Shown: piece after piece, positions 1 through 8,512 of the stretch | Position numbering within the stretch: the first letter of the stretch is position 1 | Layout: each line of letters opens with the position of its first letter | Assembly (NCBI GenBank): GCA_964501925.1 | Contig: CAZCTM010000023.1 | Location: forward strand, 1-24,000 | Length of the DNA stretch: 24,000 bases | Direction of reading: 5' to 3' | Source of the DNA: an uncultured Zetaproteobacteria bacterium | GTDB lineage: Bacteria; Pseudomonadota; Zetaproteobacteria; Mariprofundales; Mariprofundaceae | Made by a program: the position numbers and the translations under genes | The notes under the pieces: generated by a model | Told to the model about the DNA's origin: nothing | Database searches by the model: none | What the model saw: only the letters and a program-made list of their open reading frames with translations

Positions 1-128
1 TCTCAACCGGACAACTCTCGTGCTACTACTTAGGACAGGTTATGTGTTACTGACAAGCCTATGAGTAATGTAGGGGTGTTTTTTGAATTTAGGGGCTACG
101 GACAAGGATCAGGGCCTGATCGTTGAAC

Positions 129-806
129 TCAACAGCGGTTGGTCTGAGCGCCCGGGCAAAGGGTGAGAAGAGGGCAGGCCGGACAGATCGGCCTGGCAAG
201 GCAGTGGCGTTTGGCGTGCTCGACAATCAGGGCGTGGTATTCATTGAACAGGGTGTGGTCTGCCGGCAGGTGACCATGGAAGAGGCGTTGCACGTCATCA
301 TAACGGCTGTCGGAGGTGAGGAAACCCAGACGGTGAAAGATGCGTTTCGTATAGGCATCAACGACAAAGACAGGTCTGTCAAAGGCGTAGAGCAATATGG
401 AGTCTGCCGTCTCGGGACCTACGCCATGCACCTTGAGGAGTCTGGAACGCAGCAAATCAGTGGGCAGGAGATGAAGTTTTTCCCACTGACCATGTTCAAG
501 GTAGAACGCGCAGAAGGCCCGCAACCGCTTCGTCTTGATGCGAAAATAGCCTGCCGGGCGGACCAGTTCGGCCAGCTCTTCATCGGGCATGGTCATCATC
601 GCTTGGGGTTCAAGCGCGTGGTTGCTGATCAGATTTGCAATGGCACGTTCCACGTTTCGCCATGACGTATTCTGGGTCAGGATGGCTCCGATCATGACCT
701 CAAACGGTGTCCTGGCAGGCCACCAGTGCTGGGGGCCGTAGGCGGAAAGAAGGGTTTCATACACGTGCACAAGATTTAATCTGTGAGTATTCATATGATA
801 TATCAA
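129..806 (-). CDS. Endonuclease III-related HhH-GPD DNA glycosylase family protein with Fe-S cluster loop
   Basis: 225-aa ORF. It has a helix-hairpin-helix/GPD-type region (LLKVHGVGPETADSILLYAFDRPVFVVDAYTKRI) and a C-terminal C-x6-C-x2-C-x5-C (CLARPICPACPLLTLC), as in the Nth/MutY superfamily. The start may be the internal Met at 794. Substrate cannot be inferred. Confidence 0.8.
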   Translation of the reverse strand: MIYHMNTHRLNLVHVYETLLSAYGPQHWWPARTPFEVMIGAILTQNTSWRNVERAIANLISNHALEPQAMMTMPDEELAELVRPAGYFRIKTKRLRAFCAFYLEHGQWEKLHLLPTDLLRSRLLKVHGVGPETADSILLYAFDRPVFVVDAYTKRIFHRLGFLTSDSRYDDVQRLFHGHLPADHTLFNEYHALIVEHAKRHCLARPICPACPLLTLCPGAQTNRC

Positions 807-828
807 TATGATACAGGTATTTATTAAT

Positions 829-1656
829 CTACTTTCTCAAAAGTTGCCTCAGCTGGCTTAATTCGGAGTCGCGCAGCCTGCGGTACTCGCCGGGAGCAAG
901 GTGATTCAAGTGAACAGGTCCGAACCGAATGCGAATCAGGCGGCGAACCAGATGTCCATGCGCAGCCAGTGTTCGGCGGATTTCCCGCCAGCGTCCCCGA
1001 CGGATGGTAATGGTCAGCCAGCTGTGTCCGCCTGTTTCTGAATCAATACTCACCTCCCAGGGATCACTGATCTCACCCTTGCCAATACCGGCGCCTCCTT
1101 CGCACAGCATCGTCAGGGTTTCGGGACTCAGGTGCCCGGTGATGCGGGCCCTGTAGGTTCGCGGCAGTGCCGTGGCCGGGTGCGTCAGGACCCGTGCAAG
1201 ATGTCCGTCATCTGTGAGCAAAAGCAGGCCCTCGGTATCCATGTCCAGGCGTCCTACCGACTGAACACTCGGGGAAACATCCAGATGATCATAAATTACC
1301 GGCCTTCCCTTGGGGTCCCTGCGGCTGCAAAGCTGGCCCCTCGGTTTATGATAAGCCAGGTAAGTGAAGGTGGTCAGCGGCTGGGTGGTCCTGCCATCCA
1401 CCTTGACCCTGTCCCCTTTTTTGACAACGGTTCCCAGTTTATCCACGGGGAGTCCATTGATCGTGACACGGCCGGCAAGAATCCAGCGTTCAGCCTCCCG
1501 TCGTGAACACAGACCACAGTTGGCCAGGTAACGGTTGATGCGTATGCCGTTACCTTTTGGCGGTGTTTCTGGCTTAATCTTCGATGGCCTGCGGGACATC
1601 ACGAATCCGTTCCGTCTCGTTCCCGACTTTCCCCCCCGTGATTTGCTGGATCTCAT
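829..1656 (-). CDS. rluB: 23S rRNA pseudouridine synthase, RsuA/RluB family
   Basis: S4 RNA-binding domain (IRINRYLANCGLCSRREAERWILAGRVTINGL) plus catalytic motif GRLDMDTEGLLLLTDDG, with a basic N-terminal tail. It lies directly downstream of scpA-scpB. The start at 1656 overlaps scpB by 83 nt; Met at 1599 is an alternative. Confidence 0.85.
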   Translation of the reverse strand: MRSSKSRGGKSGTRRNGFVMSRRPSKIKPETPPKGNGIRINRYLANCGLCSRREAERWILAGRVTINGLPVDKLGTVVKKGDRVKVDGRTTQPLTTFTYLAYHKPRGQLCSRRDPKGRPVIYDHLDVSPSVQSVGRLDMDTEGLLLLTDDGHLARVLTHPATALPRTYRARITGHLSPETLTMLCEGGAGIGKGEISDPWEVSIDSETGGHSWLTITIRRGRWREIRRTLAAHGHLVRRLIRIRFGPVHLNHLAPGEYRRLRDSELSQLRQLLRK

Positions 1657-2164
1657 CCTCGTCCAGGAGCTGATTCGGGTCAGGAAGGTCCTGCAGGGAA
1701 TTCAGGCCAAAGTCGATGAGGAACTTCTTGCCCGTTCCGTAAAGATGTGGCCGGCCCGGGACCTCCTTTCTGCCCAGAACCCGGATCCAGCCACGTTCCT
1801 GCAGTGTCAGGAGCATGCCACTGGAGATCCTTACCCCCCGTATGTCCTCAATTTCAGCGCGGGTGACGGGTTGGCGGTAGGCGATAATGGCCAGTGTTTC
1901 CAGCATGGATCTTGATAACCTGGGTGGTCTGGTTTCCCACAGTTGCCGGACCAGCTCACCGTATTCCGGTGCGGTCCGGAACTGCCAGCCACCATCAATG
2001 TTTTCGATACGGATACCCCGTCCATGATAATGCAGCTGAAGCTCGCTTAAGGCGATATCGATTTCCCTGCGGTCAGCATCCGGCAGCAGGTTGCGCAATT
2101 TGGTGATGCCCAGGGGTTCATCACTGGCGAGAAGCAGGGCCTCAATCTGATGAAGAAGGCTCAT
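1574..2164 (-). CDS. scpB: Segregation and condensation protein B
   Basis: Winged-helix ScpB signatures (MSLLHQIEALLLASDEPL; LETLAIIAYRQPVTRAEIEDIRGV). The track ORF runs to 2242, but Met at 2164 gives an ATGA start/stop overlap with scpA (2161-2164), so I trimmed the start. Confidence 0.9.
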   Translation of the reverse strand: MSLLHQIEALLLASDEPLGITKLRNLLPDADRREIDIALSELQLHYHGRGIRIENIDGGWQFRTAPEYGELVRQLWETRPPRLSRSMLETLAIIAYRQPVTRAEIEDIRGVRISSGMLLTLQERGWIRVLGRKEVPGRPHLYGTGKKFLIDFGLNSLQDLPDPNQLLDEDEIQQITGGKVGNETERIRDVPQAIED

Positions 2165-2919
2165 TTTCTGGCGCTGGTTGGCAACAGGTTGATGGGCCCA
2201 TAGCAGTTGCTCTGGACCAGGGTCAGCAATTGTTCCCGCCATAATTCCAGTATGGCCAGAAAAGTCGTCACCAGGGCTTCCCGGTCTGTCTGCTCCATGA
2301 TCAGATCGTCGAAACGTACACCCCCCCTTCTCAGACGCTCCAGAACCTTTCCCATCTGTTCACGCACGCTCATGGTGTCCATGAAGACACGATGCTCGAG
2401 CCTTCCTCCAATCCGCCTCAGCACCTGGCGGAAGGCCACCAGAAGGGCATCCAGATCAGCCTCGGGCGGGGGGCGCTCAATCATTTCCGCTTCCGGAAAT
2501 GAGGCGCGGAGAAATACATCACGGCCGATTCTTGGTCGTTTGCCAAGTTCTTCGGCAAGCATGCGGTATTGCTCGTATGCCAGGAGTTGCGCCACGAGTT
2601 CTGCACGGGGATCGATTTCCTCGCCCTGGCTGTCCAGCTCCGGACGCGGCAGAAGAAGCCTGCTTTTTAACTGCATCAGTGTGCTTGCCATCACCAGATA
2701 ATCACCGGCAATGTCCAGGTCAAGGTTGCGCTGATCCTGAAGCACCTTCAGATACTGGCCTGTCAGTTCAGCAATGGGGATATCAAAGATATCCATTTCC
2801 TGGCTTCGGATCAGATGGAGGAGCATGTCCAGCGGTCCTTCAAAGGCATCCAGACGTACCGGCGGCAGCGAACTGGAGCCAGGGAATGTTTCGGCGGCAT
2901 CCACTTCCGAGTGTGTCAC
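2161..2919 (-). CDS. scpA: Segregation and condensation protein A (kleisin)
   Basis: N-terminal ScpA motif FEGPLDMLLHLIRSQEMDIFDIPIAELTGQYL, a length of 252 aa, and translational coupling to scpB. Confidence 0.9.
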   Translation of the reverse strand: MTHSEVDAAETFPGSSSLPPVRLDAFEGPLDMLLHLIRSQEMDIFDIPIAELTGQYLKVLQDQRNLDLDIAGDYLVMASTLMQLKSRLLLPRPELDSQGEEIDPRAELVAQLLAYEQYRMLAEELGKRPRIGRDVFLRASFPEAEMIERPPPEADLDALLVAFRQVLRRIGGRLEHRVFMDTMSVREQMGKVLERLRRGGVRFDDLIMEQTDREALVTTFLAILELWREQLLTLVQSNCYGPINLLPTSARK

Positions 2920-2973
2920 GGGGGATTCATTTCCTCTTTCCTGTCATGTCATGTGTGCTCCGGAGTCGGGAAG

Positions 2974-3999
2974 CTATACACGGTATCCCATCTTGAGCGT
3001 TCGCCTCACTTTTTCCATGGTTCTTGATGCCTCACGTCTGGCCCGGGCGTTACCCGTACGGACGATGTCCCTCACATCATCCATGTGCCTGAGGATATCA
3101 TTCCGCCGCTCCCGGATGGGTTGGAGCTCGGCCTCCAGATGGGCAAGCAGCACCTGCTTGCAATCCAGACAGCCGATCCCCGCACTGGTGCATCCATCTT
3201 GAACCCAGTCCCTCTCTTCATCACTCGAATAGATTTTGTGAAATTCCCATACAGGGCACTTTTCCGGCGTGCCCGGGTCTGTACGTCTGATGCGTGCCGG
3301 ATCGGTTGGCATGGTACGCACCTTTTTCTCTGTCACCTTCCATTCTTCCGCCAGCTCAATGGTGTTTTTGTACGACTTGCTCATCTTCCGTCCATCCAGG
3401 CCAGGCAGCTTGCCTTCAGGCATGAGCAGTTCCTTCGGTTCGGGAAACAGGGGCTGATCCGGCTTGCGGTAGAGGAAATTGAAACGGCGCGCAACTTCAC
3501 GGGTCAGTTCCACGTGAGCGACCTGGTCGTCGCCGACAGGCACAAAATGGGCCTGGTAGATGAGGATGTCTGCTGCCTGAAGGAGTGGATAACCCAGGAA
3601 TCCGTAAGTTCCAAGATCCTTTTCGCGCAGTTGCTCGATCTGATCCTTGTATGTTGGCACACGCTCGAGCCAGGAGAGGGGGGTGATAAATGAAAACAGC
3701 AGGTGCAGTTCCGCGTGTTCCTGAATTTCGGACTGGATAAACAGCGTTGCCTTGTCTGGATCGATTCCCACTGCAAGCCAGTCCACCAACATGTCCCAGA
3801 TGGTTTTCGAGACAATCTCCGGTTCGGCATAATCCGTCGTTAGGGCATGCCAGTCCGCTGCAAAGAAAAAACACTCATACTCATCCTGTAATTTCAGCCA
3901 GTTCGTCAGCACCCCCCGATAGTGACCAAGGTGCAGCCGGCCGGTCGGGCGCATGCCTGAGAGGACACGCTTTGGCCTGGAAGAATGATCGTCTGGCAT
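2974..3999 (-). CDS. trpS: Tryptophan--tRNA ligase (variant with C-terminal four-Cys motif)
   Basis: Class I aaRS signatures: GMRPTGRLHLGHY (HIGH-type) and KMSKS, with TrpRS-like overall pattern and length (341 aa). Cys248/270/277/280 form C-x21-C-x6-C-x2-C. Confidence 0.95.
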   Translation of the reverse strand: MPDDHSSRPKRVLSGMRPTGRLHLGHYRGVLTNWLKLQDEYECFFFAADWHALTTDYAEPEIVSKTIWDMLVDWLAVGIDPDKATLFIQSEIQEHAELHLLFSFITPLSWLERVPTYKDQIEQLREKDLGTYGFLGYPLLQAADILIYQAHFVPVGDDQVAHVELTREVARRFNFLYRKPDQPLFPEPKELLMPEGKLPGLDGRKMSKSYKNTIELAEEWKVTEKKVRTMPTDPARIRRTDPGTPEKCPVWEFHKIYSSDEERDWVQDGCTSAGIGCLDCKQVLLAHLEAELQPIRERRNDILRHMDDVRDIVRTGNARARREASRTMEKVRRTLKMGYRV

Positions 4000-4099
4000 G
4001 GAATCCTAACCCCCTAATGGATGGTGAGATGCTGGCATACAGGACTTGGATTGCAACGAGTGATCCTTCTGGAAGATGCGGCCCGAATCCATTGACGAG

Positions 4100-5044
4100 T
4101 TATGACCCTCCGACATCCAGTGTGCCAACCAGCTCCGCATAGGAATCGAAACGGTGATCCGCGAGGTAGGTGTGAAATCCTGACAGGATCTTGCCCGGCA
4201 GGAGCGGATCATAGAAAAGCCCTGTTCCAAGGCCGATGGCATCACTGCCGGCAATGGCAAATTCGATGGCATCCTCCGCATCACTGATTCCTCCCTGTCC
4301 CAGGATGGAGATGCCGTGCTTCTCAGCCATATGACGGATCTGATGAATCTTCCAGAGTGCAACAGGCTTGATGGCGGGGCCGGACAGCCCACCGGAGACA
4401 TTGGCCAGGACCGGTTTTCGGGTCCGGATATCGATCGCCATGCCGGGCAAGGTGTTAATCAGGGAAAATCCATCCGTTCCGGCCTCAATGCAGGCCCTGG
4501 CGATCCGGCAGATATCGGCGTTGGCCGGCGACAGCTTGGTGATCAGAGGCTTGGACGTGACGGCACGTATGGCTTCAATCAAACGGGCGCTCATGTCGAC
4601 ATCATTTCCGAAGTGGATGCCACCGGCCTTGACATTTGGACAGGAGATATTGACTTCCATGGCCCTGACCGGTGAATCGTCAAACTGACGGGCCACTTCA
4701 ACATATTCTTCCACGCTGCTGCCATTGATGTTGGCCCAGAACTGGGTTTCATGATGAGGCAGTTTGGGAAGGACATGTGTGATGACATATGAGCAACCTG
4801 GATTTTGCAGGCCGATGGCATTAAGCATGCCGGAGGGTGTTTCAAACACACGGTGAGGCGGATTGCCCAGCCTGGGTTCAAGGGTGGTACCCTTGAGGAT
4901 GACCGCACCGATGTCCCTGTTCGAGAATCCCTCCACACGGGTGTATTCGTCACCGAAACCGACGCAGCCTGAAAGGAGGACCAGCGGACTTTGCAGGTGG
5001 AGGTTGCAGAACCGGATGGACAGATCGGGAGACTTGGGGGTCAT
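4100..5044 (-). CDS. pyrD: Dihydroorotate dehydrogenase, class 1 catalytic subunit
   Basis: 314 aa with a catalytic-Cys loop (EVNISCPNVKAGG), FMN-binding C-terminal region (GQGGISDAEDAIEFAIAGSDAIGLGT), and no N-terminal membrane anchor. Confidence 0.9.
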   Translation of the reverse strand: MTPKSPDLSIRFCNLHLQSPLVLLSGCVGFGDEYTRVEGFSNRDIGAVILKGTTLEPRLGNPPHRVFETPSGMLNAIGLQNPGCSYVITHVLPKLPHHETQFWANINGSSVEEYVEVARQFDDSPVRAMEVNISCPNVKAGGIHFGNDVDMSARLIEAIRAVTSKPLITKLSPANADICRIARACIEAGTDGFSLINTLPGMAIDIRTRKPVLANVSGGLSGPAIKPVALWKIHQIRHMAEKHGISILGQGGISDAEDAIEFAIAGSDAIGLGTGLFYDPLLPGKILSGFHTYLADHRFDSYAELVGTLDVGGS

Positions 5045-5149
5045 GCCGCAAGCATACCCGCAGCCTGCGTGGCTTAACAGCCACCTTCACCCGACAGGCA
5101 ACCAAAACTGCTACACTGGCCGTATTCGTAGTGTTCCAGGAGGTGAACA

Positions 5150-5827
5150 GTGAAGCATTTTGTGATGGCTTTCAGCCTGCTCGCGCTCGTTATGCCGGCA
5201 AAAAACACTCTAGCCGGCGAGGCCAAAAAAAAGGTCGAGGATGCGATTCAGGTCATTGAGGAAATCATGGCCATGCCGGAAAAAGGGATTCCCCGGGATT
5301 TGCTGCGTGAATCTGCGGCGGTGGCCATCTTCCCCGGTGTTATCAAGGCAGGTTTTGTTTTCGGGGGCAAATACGGACGCGGTGTTATTCTCAGGCACAA
5401 CGTCAAGGCAAACAGTTGGTCACCACCAGCCTTTTTTTCCATTGGTGCCGGTAGCGTGGGCTGGCAGATCGGGGCGCAATCAACGGATCTGGTATTGGTG
5501 ATTCGAAGCAGGCGGGGGCTCGAAGGATTGCTCAAGAGCGAGTTTACGCTGGGTGGTGATGCCTCTGTTGCCGCCGGGCCTGTTGGCAGAAAGGCTGCCG
5601 CGGGCGTGGATGTCAGCCTCAAAGCGGAAGTTTTGTCCTACTCAAGATCCCGGGGACTGTTTGCCGGCCTTGCACTTGAAGGAGCAAAGCTCAACAGCCT
5701 GGAGAAAATGAATCAGCAATATTATGGCAGGAAACTTTCAGCCCGGGACATACTTCTTGATGGCAAGGCGGATCCGCCCGATTCCGCTATCCGGTTGATT
5801 CGGGTCATGTCTTCCTACACCAAGTAA
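5150..5827 (+). CDS. Secreted SYLF (Ysc84/DUF500) domain protein
   Basis: GTG start 6 nt after AGGAGG, and an N-terminal signal peptide (MKHFVMAFSLLALVMPAKNTLAG). SYLF-like pattern: AVAIFPGVIKAGFVFGGKYGRGVIL ... GGDASVAAGPVGR ... SRGLFAGLALEG. Confidence 0.8.
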   Translation: MKHFVMAFSLLALVMPAKNTLAGEAKKKVEDAIQVIEEIMAMPEKGIPRDLLRESAAVAIFPGVIKAGFVFGGKYGRGVILRHNVKANSWSPPAFFSIGAGSVGWQIGAQSTDLVLVIRSRRGLEGLLKSEFTLGGDASVAAGPVGRKAAAGVDVSLKAEVLSYSRSRGLFAGLALEGAKLNSLEKMNQQYYGRKLSARDILLDGKADPPDSAIRLIRVMSSYTK

Positions 5828-5838
5828 GCTCATATGGC

Positions 5839-6678
5839 ATGACAGCGCATGAGGGAGGGTCAACCTTGAGCGGGCAGGTCTTGAGGCTCTTCCCCCGGCC
5901 TCATGGCTACTTTCCCCTTAAAGGCCTGTATCTTGACCTGGATCAGCTTCAGAATGTTCCTGTTGTCTATGGGAATTTCATCACCAGCCTGGATGGCCGG
6001 ATTGCGCTGACCGATCCGAACGACGGTGAATCGCAGGTTCCGCGGGAGCTTGCCAATCCCGCAGACTGGCGACTGTATCAGGAACTGGCGGCACAAGCGG
6101 ATGTGGTCATCACCAGCGCACGTTATTTCAGGCAATATGCGAGAAACAGGGCCCAGGATGTCCTGCCTCTTGGCAATGGGGGCGATGATGCCGATTTAAG
6201 GGACTGGCGTGATCGGCATGGCTTGAGTGCACAACCAGCCGTGGCCATTCTCAGCAAAGGTCTGGATATCCCGAGGGAGGCATTGGCAGCGTATGGTGAT
6301 CGGGAGATCTATGTCTTCACCGGCGGGGATGCCGATACCCGCCGCGTCGCCTTGTTGAGGGACATGGGAATCCAGGTGATCCTGGCCGGGGGGTCAGCGG
6401 TTGAAGGCAGAAGGCTGATCAGCGCCCTTGCGAATCTGGGTTTCGAAAAGATCTATGCCATCGCCGGCCCAAAAGTGTTTCATAGCCTGCTGGCGGCAGG
6501 CGTTGTTGACTACCTCTTTCTGACTCTTGGGCACCAGATCCTGGGGGGTGATTCTTTTCAAACCATGGTAGAGGGTCCGAGACTTGAATCACCAAGGGAT
6601 CTCCGGCTTGTTTCCCTCTACTACGATGACCAGCGGGAAGACCGGTCACAGTTCTTTACCTGCTTTTCCTTTTCCTAG
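5839..6678 (+). CDS. RibD C-terminal domain / DHFR-like reductase family protein
   Basis: Motifs GNFITSLDGRIAL, ADVVITSARY and IYAIAGPKVFHSLLAAGVVDYLFLT resemble pyrimidine-reductase (RibD-C) family proteins. No deaminase domain is present. The stop TAG (6676-6678) lies inside the CTAG that flanks the MITE-like element. Confidence 0.7.
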   Translation: MTAHEGGSTLSGQVLRLFPRPHGYFPLKGLYLDLDQLQNVPVVYGNFITSLDGRIALTDPNDGESQVPRELANPADWRLYQELAAQADVVITSARYFRQYARNRAQDVLPLGNGGDDADLRDWRDRHGLSAQPAVAILSKGLDIPREALAAYGDREIYVFTGGDADTRRVALLRDMGIQVILAGGSAVEGRRLISALANLGFEKIYAIAGPKVFHSLLAAGVVDYLFLTLGHQILGGDSFQTMVEGPRLESPRDLRLVSLYYDDQREDRSQFFTCFSFS

Positions 6679-6921
6679 CCCGGATTTTTCATAAGAACTG
6701 ACCTGGCAAGAAATAGAGGTAAATGATATCGGCAGGTTACATTGTTTTATACGCAAGTTTCCATATGACGGTTTGTCTTTTGCGGCATCTGGCTTGTCCA
6801 GCTGCACCAGATCGAAGCCTTCGGCTTCAAACCATAGCTACGGCTATGCTTTTTCATCTGAAAACTTCGCCTGGCACACCTGTGCTGCGCCATATATCCG
6901 CAATCTCATGAAAAATCCGGG
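6679..6921. mobile_element. MITE-like non-autonomous element (243 bp) with perfect terminal inverted repeats, flanked by CTAG
   Basis: 6675-6692 (ctagcccggatttttcat) is the exact reverse complement of 6908-6925 (atgaaaaatccgggctag). That gives 14-bp TIRs plus CTAG on each side. There is no credible coding capacity inside, and the element is AT-richer than its flanks. Copy number cannot be judged from one window. Confidence 0.5.
6814..6857 (+). terminator. Tandem hairpins followed by a T-run (terminator-like), inside the MITE-like element
   Basis: GAAGCC-ttc-GGCTTC (6814-6828) and CATAGC-tacg-GCTATG (6833-6848) are followed by cTTTTTca (6849-6857). The stems are short (6 bp), so strength is doubtful. 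Confidence 0.3.
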
Positions 6922-7194
6922 CTAGCATCTGCGCGCTTCAAGCCTTTGTTTGCGAATGTGGTAGGCGATCCATACATCCATGCCCAGGGCGAGCAGAAGA
7001 CAGACCTGCAGGGACCATGAAGGCAGCCCGGTAATCTCAGCGAGTATTTCGATGCCAGATCGCTTACCCCCCATGAACCACAGTTGATAGATCAGGACAC
7101 CATGCCCCCCAATCAGAATTGACAGGGCACTTCCAATCTGCAAACCACTGATCAACAGGCTCCAGATGGAGGATGTCCCGGGTTGTCTGGACAC
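6922..7194 (-). CDS. Small hydrophobic membrane protein, hypothetical
   Basis: 90-aa ORF with 2-3 hydrophobic segments (IWSLLISGLQIGSALSILIGG; LQVCLLLALGMDVWIAY). Its GTG start shares one base with the bamE stop (TAGTG at 7192-7196). I recognise no family. Confidence 0.5.
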   Translation of the reverse strand: MSRQPGTSSIWSLLISGLQIGSALSILIGGHGVLIYQLWFMGGKRSGIEILAEITGLPSWSLQVCLLLALGMDVWIAYHIRKQRLEARRC

Positions 7195-7514
7195 TAATCT
7201 TCAGGGTTGGCCTGTTTTTCAAACCCGAACAGTTTGATTTCTTTGACACGTCGGGCATTGTCATATTCGATAATCACCTTGCGCCGGTATTTTTCCCCCG
7301 TTGCCGGATCGGCGAAATCCTCGATATAAATCGCACGATGTGGATGAAGGGTATCGAGCAGCACGGGGCTCCCCAGGAGTTTCTCCACCCGGAATCGGGT
7401 GTCACCTTCCCGAATCTGGCCCACGATCTCAGGATCAAGATCGTTTCCCTGGTGAAGGGGGTGCTGGAGACAGGCCGAAAGCAGAAGAATGGATATCAGT
7501 AACAACCGTTTCAT
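7194..7514 (-). CDS. bamE: Outer membrane protein assembly factor BamE (SmpA/OmlA lipoprotein)
   Basis: Lipobox LLSAC after the signal peptide (MKRLLLISILLLSAC). BamE-like core: GNDLDPEIVGQIREGDTRFRVEKLLGSP. 106 aa. ATGA overlap with the hldD stop (7511-7514). Confidence 0.85.
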   Translation of the reverse strand: MKRLLLISILLLSACLQHPLHQGNDLDPEIVGQIREGDTRFRVEKLLGSPVLLDTLHPHRAIYIEDFADPATGEKYRRKVIIEYDNARRVKEIKLFGFEKQANPED

Positions 7515-8455
7515 GTCGTTTCTCCATGGTCAAGCAAGGCTTCTTTCTCCAGATTCCGGATGTAGTCATCCATTCCCTTCTCGAGGTTCCAGGCAGGTTT
7601 CCAGTCGAGAATGGATCTGGCCTCGCTCAGATCGGCCTCGGTGTGGTTCTGGTAGAAGGCATAAGGGTTGTCAATGTATTCCACTTCAAGTCTTTTACCC
7701 AGAATCTGGCCAAGGATGTCGATAATATCATTGAAACTTCTGGACGTGCCGGTCCCGATGTTACAGATACCCGATCTTGGTGCCTCAAGTGCAGCGATGT
7801 TGGCCTCGACGACGTCCCTGATATAGACGAAATCGCGTCTCTGTTGCCCAAACTTGAACAGGCGCGGACGTTTGCCGCTCAATACCTGCTGATAGAGTTG
7901 CAGGATCATTGAGGAGGTCTTGCCCTTGTGCCGCTCACCGGGTCCATACACGTTAAAATAACGAAGCCCGATGATGACCGATGAATGCCTTTCAAACCAT
8001 CGGCGGGCGACTCGATCCATGGCAAGTTTGGAGAAACCGTAAATGTTTTCCGGGACTTCTCCGCTGCCTATCCGGTTGGGTGCGGGGGAGTTGCCGTACA
8101 CCCCCGCAGAGGAGGCATAGACTACCCGGGTTCCGGAGGCGTGACTTGCCTTGAGAATGTCTGCAAAGGCATCGGTATTCACGGAGAGCATGTGACGCTG
8201 ATCCATGATGGTGGTATCCGTAATTGCTGCCTGGTGCAAAATGGCAGCGAACTCTCCGTTGGCAATCTCGTCAAGAAGTACGGGATCATTGGCCTCAATG
8301 GCCCTCAGTTCACAGTCGGTCCCGATCAGATTATGCCAGTCACCACTCTCAAAAGTATCTGCGATGACCACGTCATAATCCGGTCTGCCGGTAAGGGCGG
8401 CTGCCAGATTGGACCCGATAAATCCCGCTCCGCCGGTAATCAGAATGCGCTGCAA
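7511..8455 (-). CDS. hldD: ADP-L-glycero-D-manno-heptose 6-epimerase
   Basis: SDR Rossmann motif [13 protein letters not shown], catalytic YGFSK, and blocks closely matching E. coli HldD as I remember it: [20 protein letters not shown] vs [48 protein letters not shown]. Confidence 0.85.
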   Translation of the reverse strand: [314 protein letters not shown]

Positions 8456-8512
8456 GGTCTCAGTCGGCCAACGATGGGTTGAAGACAGTAGCTGGTGTGG
8501 ATCACCTGATTC

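Noticed and set aside
107-121. A palindrome (gatcagggcctgatc) just downstream of the Nth-like gene stop, considered as a terminator.
   Set aside because: It is a near-zero-loop hairpin with no following T-run on the relevant (minus) strand. There is too little evidence to call a terminator or an operator.
123-665. A 180-aa plus-strand ORF overlapping the Nth-like gene.
   Set aside because: It is antisense to a well-supported HhH-GPD/Fe-S glycosylase and has only a TTG start and no motifs. It is a shadow ORF.
5069-5084. A hairpin (GTGGCT-taac-AGCCAC) in the pyrD/SYLF divergent region, considered as a regulatory element.
   Set aside because: It is a single short stem-loop with no T-run and no second copy. 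That is insufficient to assign any function.
6723-6911. A 62-aa ORF inside the MITE-like element.
   Set aside because: It has no RBS and an implausible composition. It lies wholly within inverted-repeat-bounded non-coding-looking DNA and ends inside the right TIR.
6679-6921. Interpretation of the inverted-repeat-bounded segment as 6S RNA or another long-hairpin ncRNA.
   Set aside because: Beyond the 18-bp terminal stem, the two arms do not pair colinearly (only scattered 4-5-nt matches). I see no conserved motifs of RNase P RNA, tmRNA or SRP RNA. The MITE explanation fits the CTAG flanks better. An sRNA function is not excluded.
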